From Saccharofermentanales bacterium (GTDB lineage Bacteria; Bacillota; Clostridia; Saccharofermentanales; DTU023): DNA of 64,000 bases. This document shows positions 17,419 to 27,585 of the stretch, piece by piece (positions within the stretch are counted from its first letter, which is position 1; each line of letters begins with the position of its first letter). Made by a program: the position numbers and the translations under genes. The notes under the pieces are model-generated. The model was not told the DNA's origin. It did not search any database and saw only the letters and a list, made by a program, of their open reading frames with translations. The DNA lies in NCBI GenBank assembly GCA_050945495.1, contig JBMNTA010000002.1:19240-83239 (forward strand), read 5' to 3'.

Positions 17419-19012
17419 GGTCGGCCTCCGCCGAAACGAACCAACGATCAAAGTCCGCTTCGGTCACGATGTCCGGGAGGATGGCTTGCGTGATGCGCAC
17501 CCAATCGGTCGTATAAAACGCGTTGCCCAGGTAGAACGTATGCGCATCCTCCGTCGCCACGATGCGCCCGTCAAACAGCATGGAGCAGCGGTCCGCGATT
17601 TGCGCGCTGAAACCCACGTCGTGCGTCACGATCAGGACGGCTTTCCCGTCGTCGGCGAGACAACGCAGCAAATGCGCCACATCGGCTTTCGCGTCGGCGT
17701 CGACGCCTTTCACGGGTTCGTCCAGCAACAAAATGTCGGGATCGAGCAACAACAGCTTGCCGAGGGCGGCCTTTTGCGTCTCCCCCGCACTCAGATCGTA
17801 CGGATGGCGATCCATCAAACGCGTCAACCCGAGTCGCAGGGCCATGCGATCGACGTCGGCTTCCCCGTAATGCCCCAACGCACGCAACTCCATCCAATCG
17901 TCGCGCACCGTATCCATGGAAAACACGGCGCGCGCGTGTTGGGTCAACAGGCCGACCCGCACGTCGTCCGAACGTCGCACACGACCGCGCGTGGGTGAGA
18001 CGGCTCCGCTCAACACATGCATGAGCGTGCTCTTGCCGCTGCCGTTGCCCCCCACAAGCGCATGCACTTCTCCCCGACCGACGTCGAACGAGACATCTTC
18101 AATGACCCACGGCAAATCGCCGCGGTAGCGAAAATACACGTGTTTGGCGGACAAGACGACGTCCGGGGTCGGCGCGGCGTCCACCGCGGAGGGCACGGTC
18201 GCCTCCGTCGACGATATCAACGGCGATGCCTCCAGCACGGCGCGTGCCTCGGGAATCGTCAACGCCATCGCCTCGGGATCGATCCGTGCCGCGGCGCGCG
18301 TCGCCGCGGGCAAGGCTTTCGAGAACGGCGCGCGTTCGTCGAGCGCGTGCACCGCGAACATCTTCGCGGAACCGTGAAACGCCACGCGTCCCTCGTTCAA
18401 CCAGACGACGTCATCGGCCATGGGCAACGCATCGGTCAAATGATGCTCCGACAAGAGGATGGTCGTGCCGAGCTCGCGGCGAATGCGCGAAATCAGCGCC
18501 AGAAAATGTTGCACGGCAATCGGATCGAGCTGCGCCGTCGGTTCGTCCAAGATCAGCATCTTCGGCTGCAGGATGAGCGACGACGCCACATTTAAAATCT
18601 GCTTTTCGCCCCCCGAAAGTTCCGACACGGGTCGATGGATCCAGTCTTCAATGCCGAAAAAGTGCGCCGTCTCCGCGATCCGTCGTTCGATGACGGCGGG
18701 CGGCAATCCCATGTTTTCGAGCCCAAACGCGAGCTCGTGCCACACGACATCCATGACGATCTGATGCGTCGGGTCCTGCATCACAAAGGCCACGGCCTCA
18801 GGGGTTTCAATCGTCCCCGAGAGCTCGCCGACGGGCGCCAGCGCCGTCTTGAGAAGACGTAATAACGTCGTCTTGCCACTACCGCTTGGGCCGACCAACA
18901 AACAGAACGTTCCGGGCGCCACCTCCAGCGAAACGTCGGAAAGCGCGGGCACCTGCATGCCCGCGTACGTGAACGTCACATCTTGCATGCGAATGATGGG
19001 GTTGCGGTTCAT
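17411..19012 (-). CDS. ECF transporter ATPase, fused double nucleotide-binding domains (A-A')
   Basis: It has two Walker A motifs (GPSGSGKT, GGNGSGKS), two signature motifs (LSGGEKQ, LSAGETQ) and two Walker B motifs (ILDEPT, LLDEPV). The ATG overlaps the T-component stop (ATGA at 19009-19012). Confidence 0.85.
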   Translation of the reverse strand: MNRNPIIRMQDVTFTYAGMQVPALSDVSLEVAPGTFCLLVGPSGSGKTTLLRLLKTALAPVGELSGTIETPEAVAFVMQDPTHQIVMDVVWHELAFGLENMGLPPAVIERRIAETAHFFGIEDWIHRPVSELSGGEKQILNVASSLILQPKMLILDEPTAQLDPIAVQHFLALISRIRRELGTTILLSEHHLTDALPMADDVVWLNEGRVAFHGSAKMFAVHALDERAPFSKALPAATRAAARIDPEAMALTIPEARAVLEASPLISSTEATVPSAVDAAPTPDVVLSAKHVYFRYRGDLPWVIEDVSFDVGRGEVHALVGGNGSGKSTLMHVLSGAVSPTRGRVRRSDDVRVGLLTQHARAVFSMDTVRDDWMELRALGHYGEADVDRMALRLGLTRLMDRHPYDLSAGETQKAALGKLLLLDPDILLLDEPVKGVDADAKADVAHLLRCLADDGKAVLIVTHDVGFSAQIADRCSMLFDGRIVATEDAHTFYLGNAFYTTDWVRITQAILPDIVTEADFDRWFVSAEADRA

Positions 19013-19953
19013 GCGATACCCTCCTTGTCGGCTTCGGGCCACATCGCCCGCACATACGGATCCACGGGCGGGGCGAAGGCGCGTGCGGCGCGCACCCGAT
19101 CCATCGCGTGCGACCCTGCATCGAGCAGCAACGGCGTGGCGAACACGGCCGCGGCGCTCACGAGCCACACGTACAGCCGTCCGCCCTCCAAAGCGCGCGG
19201 CATAAAGCACATCACGGGATAATAAATGAAGGCGGAGGCGCCCCTCGCCCACGCGATCACGAGCGCCGTCAACGCGACCGTCATCCACACCGTCGGCGCG
19301 ATGTCGCGCGGCGATCGTCGAACCCGCGCATACGGACGACGCCGCCCCTGATCGTACCCCTTGGCCTTCATGGCGTCCGACGTCATCAGGGCATTCTCCA
19401 TGCTCCACGCCATCAAAATGGACACCATGCGCGCGATAAATGACACGTTGCGCTTAGCTTCCCCGCCCATCAGGGCGCGTCGGCTCAGATCGATTTCTCG
19501 GCCCCGGTCCACCGTATCGGGAATGTAGCGAAAGACCATGGACACCATCATGCTGAGCACGGGCAAACGCTTGCCCAACACCGCCAAGAACCGTCCCGAT
19601 GCCATCGTGTCGTGGTAATTTTGAAACCACAACAACACGGCCGACAAGAGGATGCCCGACACCAACCCGTAGATCAGGCACTCCAGCGTCACGGCACGCT
19701 CACCGATGTAAAACAACGGCGTCATGCCGGCGTCGTTGAAGACCACGTTGAACACCGTGATCAACGCCACCATGGGCAAGAGATACGTCCATTGACCGAG
19801 CGCCTTGCGCCATCCTTGAAGACGCACGCGCGTGAGCAACGCAAAGAGGAAGGAGAGCGTGGCCATGAGGGGGTGATGCGTCGCCATCGTGAGGATGAGC
19901 GCCGCACCGTAGACCAGCAAAACGACGACGGGATGATTCTGACGAAGGGTCAT
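19009..19953 (-). CDS. ECF transporter transmembrane (T) component, CbiQ/EcfT family
   Basis: MTLRQNHPVVVLLVYGAALIL... is polytopic and carries the coupling-helix-like segment SRRALMGGEAKRN...SDAMKAKGY. The ATG at 19951-19953 overlaps the upstream stop (ATGA). The 125-codon N-terminal extension in the track overlaps the previous gene and was rejected. Confidence 0.75.
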   Translation of the reverse strand: MTLRQNHPVVVLLVYGAALILTMATHHPLMATLSFLFALLTRVRLQGWRKALGQWTYLLPMVALITVFNVVFNDAGMTPLFYIGERAVTLECLIYGLVSGILLSAVLLWFQNYHDTMASGRFLAVLGKRLPVLSMMVSMVFRYIPDTVDRGREIDLSRRALMGGEAKRNVSFIARMVSILMAWSMENALMTSDAMKAKGYDQGRRRPYARVRRSPRDIAPTVWMTVALTALVIAWARGASAFIYYPVMCFMPRALEGGRLYVWLVSAAAVFATPLLLDAGSHAMDRVRAARAFAPPVDPYVRAMWPEADKEGIA

Positions 19954-20771
19954 GGCAAATTCGAAAGCGCGTCGCCTTTGGCGATCGTGTATCGCCAGCG
20001 CATCTGATCGCCGTGCGAAAGCGTGAAACCGTCGGCGCCCACGCCGGGCATTGTGCCGTTCACCAAGTAAATCCAGCCGCTCTGCGGTCCGCCGTCCATT
20101 TCCTGCAACCCGGAGATGGCCGCAATGTAGTGGCCCATACTCGTATTTCGCACCGTCATCGGCAAACCCGTCGCCGCCAGCGCCTCGTACGCGCTGGCCC
20201 CGCGATCGAGCGTCAACGTCGATCGGAAGAGCACGCCGTCGTTCGTGCAAAAGCCCCGCGCGATCAAAACCTTCACCACGTCTTTGGCCTTTTGGCCCGC
20301 CTTCGGGTTGGCGATGACGTTCGCGCAATCGACGATCACCTGCACCCGCATCGTCGCGGCCGTGGACGTTGTCGAAGTCGTCGTGGTCGCGGAGGTCGTC
20401 GTGGTCGTGCTCGAAGAAGAAGCGGAGGACCTTCGCGATGAGGTCGTCGTGGTGGACGACGACGTACGTTTCGAGGCGCGCGTGGCGGGGGTCCGAGCCG
20501 ACGCGGAGGTCGAAGATGCCTCGGACGGCGATGTTTCAGACGATTCGAATGACGTCGTTACATCGACCAACGGCGTCGGTACCGCCGCAGAAACTTCGAT
20601 GTCATCTTGATCGGACGTTGTGACGGCATAACTTGTTGGTACCCCGATATTCCCAGCCTCGGACGCCGCGGTCGACGACGCGGGGGCGTTGTTGCCCGAC
20701 GTGCACGCCGCGAGCGTGACCGCGAGCAGGATGGCGAGAAGCCAAAGCATGCTTTGACGAATGTGTTTCAA
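19950..20771 (-). CDS. Surface lipoprotein with Ser/Thr-rich linker and C-terminal transcobalamin-like (DUF4430-type) domain
   Basis: The TTG at 20769-20771 is preceded by AAGGAG plus 9 nt. The signal peptide KHIRQSMLWLLAILLAVTLAAC carries an L-A-A-C lipobox. The C-terminal segment MRVQVIVDCANV...GWIYLVNGTMPGVGADGFTLSHGDQMRWRY resembles the DUF4430 family. That assignment is from memory and needs an HMM check. Confidence 0.7.
   Translation of the reverse strand: MKHIRQSMLWLLAILLAVTLAACTSGNNAPASSTAASEAGNIGVPTSYAVTTSDQDDIEVSAAVPTPLVDVTTSFESSETSPSEASSTSASARTPATRASKRTSSSTTTTSSRRSSASSSSTTTTTSATTTTSTTSTAATMRVQVIVDCANVIANPKAGQKAKDVVKVLIARGFCTNDGVLFRSTLTLDRGASAYEALAATGLPMTVRNTSMGHYIAAISGLQEMDGGPQSGWIYLVNGTMPGVGADGFTLSHGDQMRWRYTIAKGDALSNLP
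20352..20570 (-). repeat. Coding low-complexity Ser/Thr-rich linker in the lipoprotein
   Basis: The translation is SSETSPSEASSTSASARTPATRASKRTSSSTTTTSSRRSSASSSSTTTTTSATTTTSTTSTAAT. Confidence 0.85.
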
Positions 20772-20790
20772 CGTTATGGGCTCCTTTACG

Positions 20791-20823
20791 AAAAAAACCG
20801 CGATCTTTCTTCGAAGATCGCGG
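20791..20823 (-). terminator. Riboswitch expression-platform terminator
   Basis: The minus strand reads CCGCGATCTT-CGAAGA-AAGATCGCGG followed by TTTTTTT. It sits immediately upstream of the RBS of the lipoprotein gene. Confidence 0.85.
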
Positions 20824-20904
20824 TCCGTATTTATGCCGCTTTGCATGACGCGCTTCGCAATAATCCGTTGCAATGCACGCGACGCGTCACGGTCGGTCTT
20901 CTGG

Positions 20905-21045
20905 CTCACGCGCGGATCGTCGATCCCCCTGCCCGCCTTCCCGATCGCTCAGTGGCTCGGCGGATGCCGTGGGCAGGTTATCACGCGTTGACAGCGGCGG
21001 TACCGCACAGGATTCGCACCTGTTTCCCTAGGGTCCGTCGACGCG
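20905..21045 (-). promoter_or_regulatory. Cobalamin (B12) riboswitch aptamer
   Basis: The minus strand reads CCCTAGGGAAACAGGTGCGAATCCTGTGCGGTACCGCCGCTGTCAACG...CCGAGCCACTGAGCGATCGGGAAGGCGGGCAGG. This matches the conserved GGGAA..GGTG.GAAUCC...CCGCCGCUGU core and the B12-box region GCCACUG...GGGAAGGC. Boundaries are approximate. Confidence 0.85.
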
Positions 21046-21061
21046 ATATGAAGTTGTCTTA

Positions 21062-21090
21062 ATCGTAATGAACGACGCGGTCGTTGTCAA
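21062..21090 (-). promoter_or_regulatory. Sigma-A-type promoter of the riboswitch/ECF operon
   Basis: The minus strand reads TTGACA-(17 nt)-TACGAT, located between the ribF stop and the aptamer. Confidence 0.6.
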
Positions 21091-21106
21091 CGAATCCGTC
21101 GGTCGC

Positions 21107-22030
21107 TCAGCGCTTCTTTCCGTCGGGTGTGACGAGCCCGTCGAGGCGGTCGCGGATGCGCTCGATGTCGCGGCCGACCTGGGCTTTCACGGCCTCGATG
21201 CCGTCGAACTTTTGAATGCCGCGAATGAACGCGTGCAGCTCGAGTTCCACGCTTTTGCCGTAAAGATCTTCGTCAAAGTCGAGGATATACGTTTCGATCG
21301 TCACGTAGTCGTAGTTGTCGACGGAGGGGCGTGTCCCGATGTTCGTGAGCCCCTTGTGCCAGAGACCGTCGACGCGGATGAGCGTGCCGTAGACGCCGTA
21401 TTTCGGCAATTGCAAAAACGGCGCGACGGCCATGTTCGCGGTCGGCATCCCGACGGTGCGGCCGAGCTGGTTGCCGAGCACGATTTCCCCGCGGTAAAAG
21501 TGTGTGTGGCCGAGCATGGCGTTCGCATCGTCGATCTCGCCCGCTCGGAGCGCCGCCATGATGCGTTCGGACGTGATGGGCCGATCGTCCCGTCGGACGG
21601 ACGGCACGGTGATGAGGTCGATCGCATCACGTTCCGCCAGCTGCTTCAAGAGCGGTTCGTTGCCGGCGCGTTGACGGCCGAACACGACGTTGTCGCCGGC
21701 GACGATGATTTGCGCGCCCAATTGGTCGCGCAAGACCATCTCGTAGAAGCGGACGGGATCGAGCTCGGCAAACTTCGCGTTATACGGGAGCATCAACACG
21801 AAGTCGACGCCGAGGCGATCGATCATCGCGTGGCACTCGGCAATCGTGTTGAGACGCTTTCTCGGGCCGCCGTTCAAGCCCGGGATCAAGCAGGCGACGA
21901 CGGACGGAATGCCCGCGTCGCGCGCGACGCGGACGAGCTCTTTCAAGAGCGCTTCATGGCCGCGATGCACGCCGTCAAAGCGGCCGAACGCCACCGCGGT
22001 GCGCGTCCCCAAAAAACCCGGTTGTGTCAT
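21107..22030 (-). CDS. ribF: Bifunctional riboflavin kinase / FMN adenylyltransferase
   Basis: Motifs VAFGRFDGVHRGHEALL, PSVRRDDRPITSERI and GMPTANM...GVYG...NIGTRPS. Confidence 0.9.
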   Translation of the reverse strand: MTQPGFLGTRTAVAFGRFDGVHRGHEALLKELVRVARDAGIPSVVACLIPGLNGGPRKRLNTIAECHAMIDRLGVDFVLMLPYNAKFAELDPVRFYEMVLRDQLGAQIIVAGDNVVFGRQRAGNEPLLKQLAERDAIDLITVPSVRRDDRPITSERIMAALRAGEIDDANAMLGHTHFYRGEIVLGNQLGRTVGMPTANMAVAPFLQLPKYGVYGTLIRVDGLWHKGLTNIGTRPSVDNYDYVTIETYILDFDEDLYGKSVELELHAFIRGIQKFDGIEAVKAQVGRDIERIRDRLDGLVTPDGKKR

Positions 22031-22031
22031 G

Positions 22032-23405
22032 TCACTTTCCTTCCGCGGCCGAGGAGCCGATTCGATGACGCTTCATCGCGATCCACAGGATGAGTGCGCC
22101 GATGGCGTAGAGACCGAGCGTGTAGGCCCACAGCTGCCAGCCCCCTTGGATGATGCCGGGGATGTAGGTGGCGCCGATGAGGAGGATCGTGAGCCACGGC
22201 AACCAGCGTCCGCCCTTCGCCCGATAGGCCAGGCCTTCACTGCCGAAGCGCTTGCGGGCGACGATCAGGGACGCCATGGTGATCACGAGCGTGATCGCGG
22301 CAAACAACGACGCCAGGTTGACGATCTGTTCCGTGAAGTGCGGGAAGCACGACACGATCATCGAGAGCGCGATGACGACCACGGAGGCCGCAATCGGCGT
22401 GCCGGTCTTTTTGTTGTAACGGCCGAGGATCTTCGGCAAGAGCCCGTCTTGGGCGGCGACAGCGATCGTGCGCGCCGTCAGTTGCGTGACGACGAGCATC
22501 GTCGTGATGAGGGCCAACACCGCCGAGATCGAGATGACCTTCGCAAGCCACATGTGCTCCTGCAACGTCGTGAAGACCGCGGCGTAGAACGGGATGAAAC
22601 GCATCCCGGGGTGATCGATCAAAAATTGGGTGGTGACGAGTCCGAGCGTCGTGATGATGCAGAGCAAATACAAGACGACGACGATGATCATGGCGTAGAG
22701 CGCCGTCTTCGGAACGGTGCGGTTCGGATCTTTGACTTCTGACACCATGAACGCGATCGCGACGATCGAGCCGTACGCGACCATCGCATTCGGAATCGCT
22801 TGGATGAAGCCCGTCGCTCCGAGATGACCTTGCGTGAAAAACGGTTGGAAGTTCGCCGGATTCCATTCGCCCGAGGTCAGCCCGACGATCACGTAAATCA
22901 GCATGGTCACGATCAGCCCCGTGACCAGCACGGTGTTCGCTTTGCCCGTGATCGTGATTTTCAAGATGTTGAGCCCCAACACAATGAGGCACGCGATGAG
23001 CGCCAGCGGAATTTGCCAATCGCCCTCGATGTTGAATCCGGCACCGAGGTACGTGCCGACGTAAATCGCGGCAAAGGCAATGGCCCCGATGTTGGCAAAG
23101 ATGTACCCCCAGGACGAAAACCATCCGAGGATGACGCCGCGCTGCGTTCCGTCGTCGGCAAACGCCGCCCGCGGAAACGCGTACACGCCGCCCGATCTGG
23201 GAAAGCGCACGGCCAATTCGGCCACTTGCAATCCGTACATCAGCAAGACCGCCGCCGCGATCGTCCATGTGATGATGACGGCCGGTCCGGCATAGTACAT
23301 CGTGAGCCCCGACAGCGAGTAAATCGCGCTGCCGATCATGCCGCCCACCAGGAGCATCAAGCTTTCGCGCATGCCGAGTTTGTTCTTCGAGTCGTGGTGC
23401 TGCAT
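22032..23405 (-). CDS. APC-superfamily amino acid permease
   Basis: 457 aa with about 12 TM helices and the N-terminal LLVGGMIGSAIYSLSG motif typical of the APC family. Confidence 0.8.
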   Translation of the reverse strand: MQHHDSKNKLGMRESLMLLVGGMIGSAIYSLSGLTMYYAGPAVIITWTIAAAVLLMYGLQVAELAVRFPRSGGVYAFPRAAFADDGTQRGVILGWFSSWGYIFANIGAIAFAAIYVGTYLGAGFNIEGDWQIPLALIACLIVLGLNILKITITGKANTVLVTGLIVTMLIYVIVGLTSGEWNPANFQPFFTQGHLGATGFIQAIPNAMVAYGSIVAIAFMVSEVKDPNRTVPKTALYAMIIVVVLYLLCIITTLGLVTTQFLIDHPGMRFIPFYAAVFTTLQEHMWLAKVISISAVLALITTMLVVTQLTARTIAVAAQDGLLPKILGRYNKKTGTPIAASVVVIALSMIVSCFPHFTEQIVNLASLFAAITLVITMASLIVARKRFGSEGLAYRAKGGRWLPWLTILLIGATYIPGIIQGGWQLWAYTLGLYAIGALILWIAMKRHRIGSSAAEGK

Positions 23406-23416
23406 CCGTACCTCCC

Positions 23417-24394
23417 CTACGTTGTCCGTTGCGATGCGTCATCGTCCCCGCGATCCACTCCGTCCACCCAGACGAGTCCGCCGTCGTTGTCGGTGTCGGA
23501 GGGCACGGTCGGTTCCCGCAAGGGACCTTTCGGGATGCGGACGCGAATCGACACTTGCGGCGGCTTCACGCGAAAGACGCGTCGCGCCGACAGTTCAATA
23601 TCGCCGTGTTCGGGACAGCGTGCTTTGGCAAACCACCGCTTGCCTTTGCGGATCACGCGCCACGTCCCGTGCAAGGGACGTTCGCACGCCGGACATGCAT
23701 ATGTTTGTTGTGTGAGATAGGCCGCGACGTCGCCCGAGGGATCCAACGGCAGCCTCGTCTTGGTCTGTTGATTGATCCAAGGATCATAGATGAACGGCTT
23801 CAGACGGCGCTCCACATCGATGCCGTCATCGAGCGGCCGAATCGTCTCCACGAGAATCCGCGCCGCGTATTCGGCATCGGAACTCGCTTTGTGAAACGGA
23901 AGGTCTTTGTCCAATCGCAAAAAATCAAGCGCATACTCGACCGAACGTTGCTGGCGCGACGACCCGGATTCCGCCCAATGCGAGAAAAAAGCTTGCGCGT
24001 CCATGGCGCGAAATCGCCATGGGGCGACGTCATGAAAACGCATGTTGGAGATGAAGACTTCGGCGTCGGAGGTGCCCCACGACACGAGGATCGGATCCTC
24101 GCCCGCAAACGCACGAAACGCGTGGAAGACATCGGGAAACGGCACGCCGTCCGAAAGGCTCTGTTGCGTGCGTTGGGTGACGGCGGCGACGTGACGCTGA
24201 ATGTGTTTGTACAGGACGGGCTGCACGCGCTCGCTGAAGCGGTCGATGACCCGCCCCCGACGATCGAGTTTGACCGCGCCGATCTCAATGATTTCAAACA
24301 TCATTTGTTCGGCGAGTTTCGGATCCACTTTCTGCGATCGCGCCTTCGTATTCCATTCGAGATCGATGACGACAAGGTTCATGGCACGGCTCAC
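23417..24394 (-). CDS. DEDDh-type 3'-5' exonuclease (ERI-1/KapD-like) with C-terminal Cys4-type zinc-ribbon segment
   Basis: Motifs [10 protein letters not shown] (Exo I D-x-E), [21 protein letters not shown] and [14 protein letters not shown] (H-x4-D). The C-terminal segment is [10 protein letters not shown]...CPEHG. The GTG at 24394 overlaps the dnaJ stop (GTGA). An alternative ATG is at 24382. Confidence 0.7.
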   Translation of the reverse strand: MSRAMNLVVIDLEWNTKARSQKVDPKLAEQMMFEIIEIGAVKLDRRGRVIDRFSERVQPVLYKHIQRHVAAVTQRTQQSLSDGVPFPDVFHAFRAFAGEDPILVSWGTSDAEVFISNMRFHDVAPWRFRAMDAQAFFSHWAESGSSRQQRSVEYALDFLRLDKDLPFHKASSDAEYAARILVETIRPLDDGIDVERRLKPFIYDPWINQQTKTRLPLDPSGDVAAYLTQQTYACPACERPLHGTWRVIRKGKRWFAKARCPEHGDIELSARRVFRVKPPQVSIRVRIPKGPLREPTVPSDTDNDGGLVWVDGVDRGDDDASQRTT

Positions 24395-25557
24395 CGCTTC
24401 TGCGATCCGCCGAATGCGTCGCGAACCTTGGCGAAAAAGCTCTTGCGTTTCTCGTAATTTTCGTCGGTGCAGGTCGCGTCGAACGCGCGCAGCATCTCTT
24501 TTTGATGCGACGACAAGTTGCGGGGCACTTCAAGCGACACGCGGAAGAAATGATCTCCGCGGGCGGACGGACGTCCCACGTAGGGGATGCCTTTGCCGCG
24601 CAACGTGAACATGTCGCCCGGCTGCGTGCCTTCGCGAAGTTTATATGGCACCGGCCCGTCAATCGTCGGCACCTCGATTTCGGAGCCCAACGCCGCTTGG
24701 GCATAGGTGATCGGGACTTCGCAGTACGTGCGATTCCCCTCCCGCGTAAACACGGGGTGCGGGCGGATGAAAATTTGGACGTAAAGATCGCCGTACGGGC
24801 CGCCGTTGCGTCCCGGCTCGCCCTCCCCGCGCAAGGTCAACATTTCGCCTTCATCGATGCCGGCCGGCACGGTGACGCGCAAGGTCTTCTCGCGCACCAC
24901 GGCGCCCTCGCCGTGACACGCGGGACACGGGTTGTCGATGACCTGCCCGTCGCCGCCGCAGCGCGAGCACGGGCGCGACGTCATCATCTGCCCGAACATG
25001 GTCTGCTGCTGCGTGTATTCCTGACCGGTGCCGTTGCACACGGGGCACGTCGCGGGCTGTGAGCCGTCCGCCGTCCCCATGCCGTGGCACGTCGTGCAGC
25101 GATCGGCTTTTTTGATCGTGATGTCGCGCTCGACCCCAAACGCCGCCTCGAGAAAATCGAGGTTCATGCGATACCGAAGGTTGGCGCCGCGCGTGGGGCC
25201 GGTGCGACGTTGCGCCTGTTGCGCGCCGCCGAAGCCGCCAAACCCGCCGAATCCGCCGAAACTGCCGAATATCTGTGAAAACAAATCGTCGAGGTTGATG
25301 TCGTACGCACCGCCACCGAAGCCGGACTCATCGACGCCGGCATGGCCCAATTGGTCATAGCGCGCGCGTTTGTCCTTGTCGGACAAAACGTCGTACGCCT
25401 CGTTGGCTTCCTTAAACTTCGCCTCGGCCTCCTTGTCGTCGGGATTGACGTCCGGGTGATATTGCTTGGCAAGCTTCCAAAAAGCCTTCTTGATCGTACT
25501 GTCGTCCGCGTCGCGCGGCACGCCCAAGACTTCGTAATAGTCGCGTTTGTTCGCCAC
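24391..25557 (-). CDS. dnaJ: Molecular chaperone DnaJ
   Basis: The GTG at 25555-25557 follows GGGAGG plus 5 nt. The J domain is [10 protein letters not shown]...YHPDVNP. It also has a G/F region and four CxxCxGxG zinc motifs. Confidence 0.9.
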   Translation of the reverse strand: MANKRDYYEVLGVPRDADDSTIKKAFWKLAKQYHPDVNPDDKEAEAKFKEANEAYDVLSDKDKRARYDQLGHAGVDESGFGGGAYDINLDDLFSQIFGSFGGFGGFGGFGGAQQAQRRTGPTRGANLRYRMNLDFLEAAFGVERDITIKKADRCTTCHGMGTADGSQPATCPVCNGTGQEYTQQQTMFGQMMTSRPCSRCGGDGQVIDNPCPACHGEGAVVREKTLRVTVPAGIDEGEMLTLRGEGEPGRNGGPYGDLYVQIFIRPHPVFTREGNRTYCEVPITYAQAALGSEIEVPTIDGPVPYKLREGTQPGDMFTLRGKGIPYVGRPSARGDHFFRVSLEVPRNLSSHQKEMLRAFDATCTDENYEKRKSFFAKVRDAFGGSQKR

Positions 25558-25608
25558 AAAAACCTCCCATGGCCGCATCGGCCACGCCTTATATTAACAC
25601 TCCAGATC

Positions 25609-25638
25609 GTTGAGCCGCAGACTCGGCTGCGGCTCAAC
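25609..25638 (-). other. Perfect 12-bp stem-loop in the dnaK-dnaJ intercistronic region
   Basis: GTTGAGCCGCAG-actcgg-CTGCGGCTCAAC. No U-run follows on the coding strand, so it is not a canonical terminator. Confidence 0.5.
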
Positions 25639-25669
25639 GGTTGGATTCGGGTCGGATCGTCACCGACGA

Positions 25670-27514
<1,845 letters not shown>

Positions 27515-27585
27515 ATGCTTCGTCCTCTCTTTATCTTGGTTTGATCTATCGTTTCATCGTTGATTCATGCGAATCGTCACCGTTA

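Noticed and set aside
19954-20909. N-terminal extensions of tracked ORFs in the ECF operon. These are 19009-20328 (439 aa), the 46 upstream codons of 19950-20909, and the 132 upstream codons of 17411-19408.
   Set aside because: The extensions overlap the preceding genes, or the riboswitch and terminator. Internal starts with ATGA-type coupling or a strong RBS give proteins of canonical length.
23406-23416. I looked for an FMN riboswitch ahead of the permease-ribF pair.
   Set aside because: Only 11 nt separate the exonuclease stop from the permease start, so there is no room for an aptamer.
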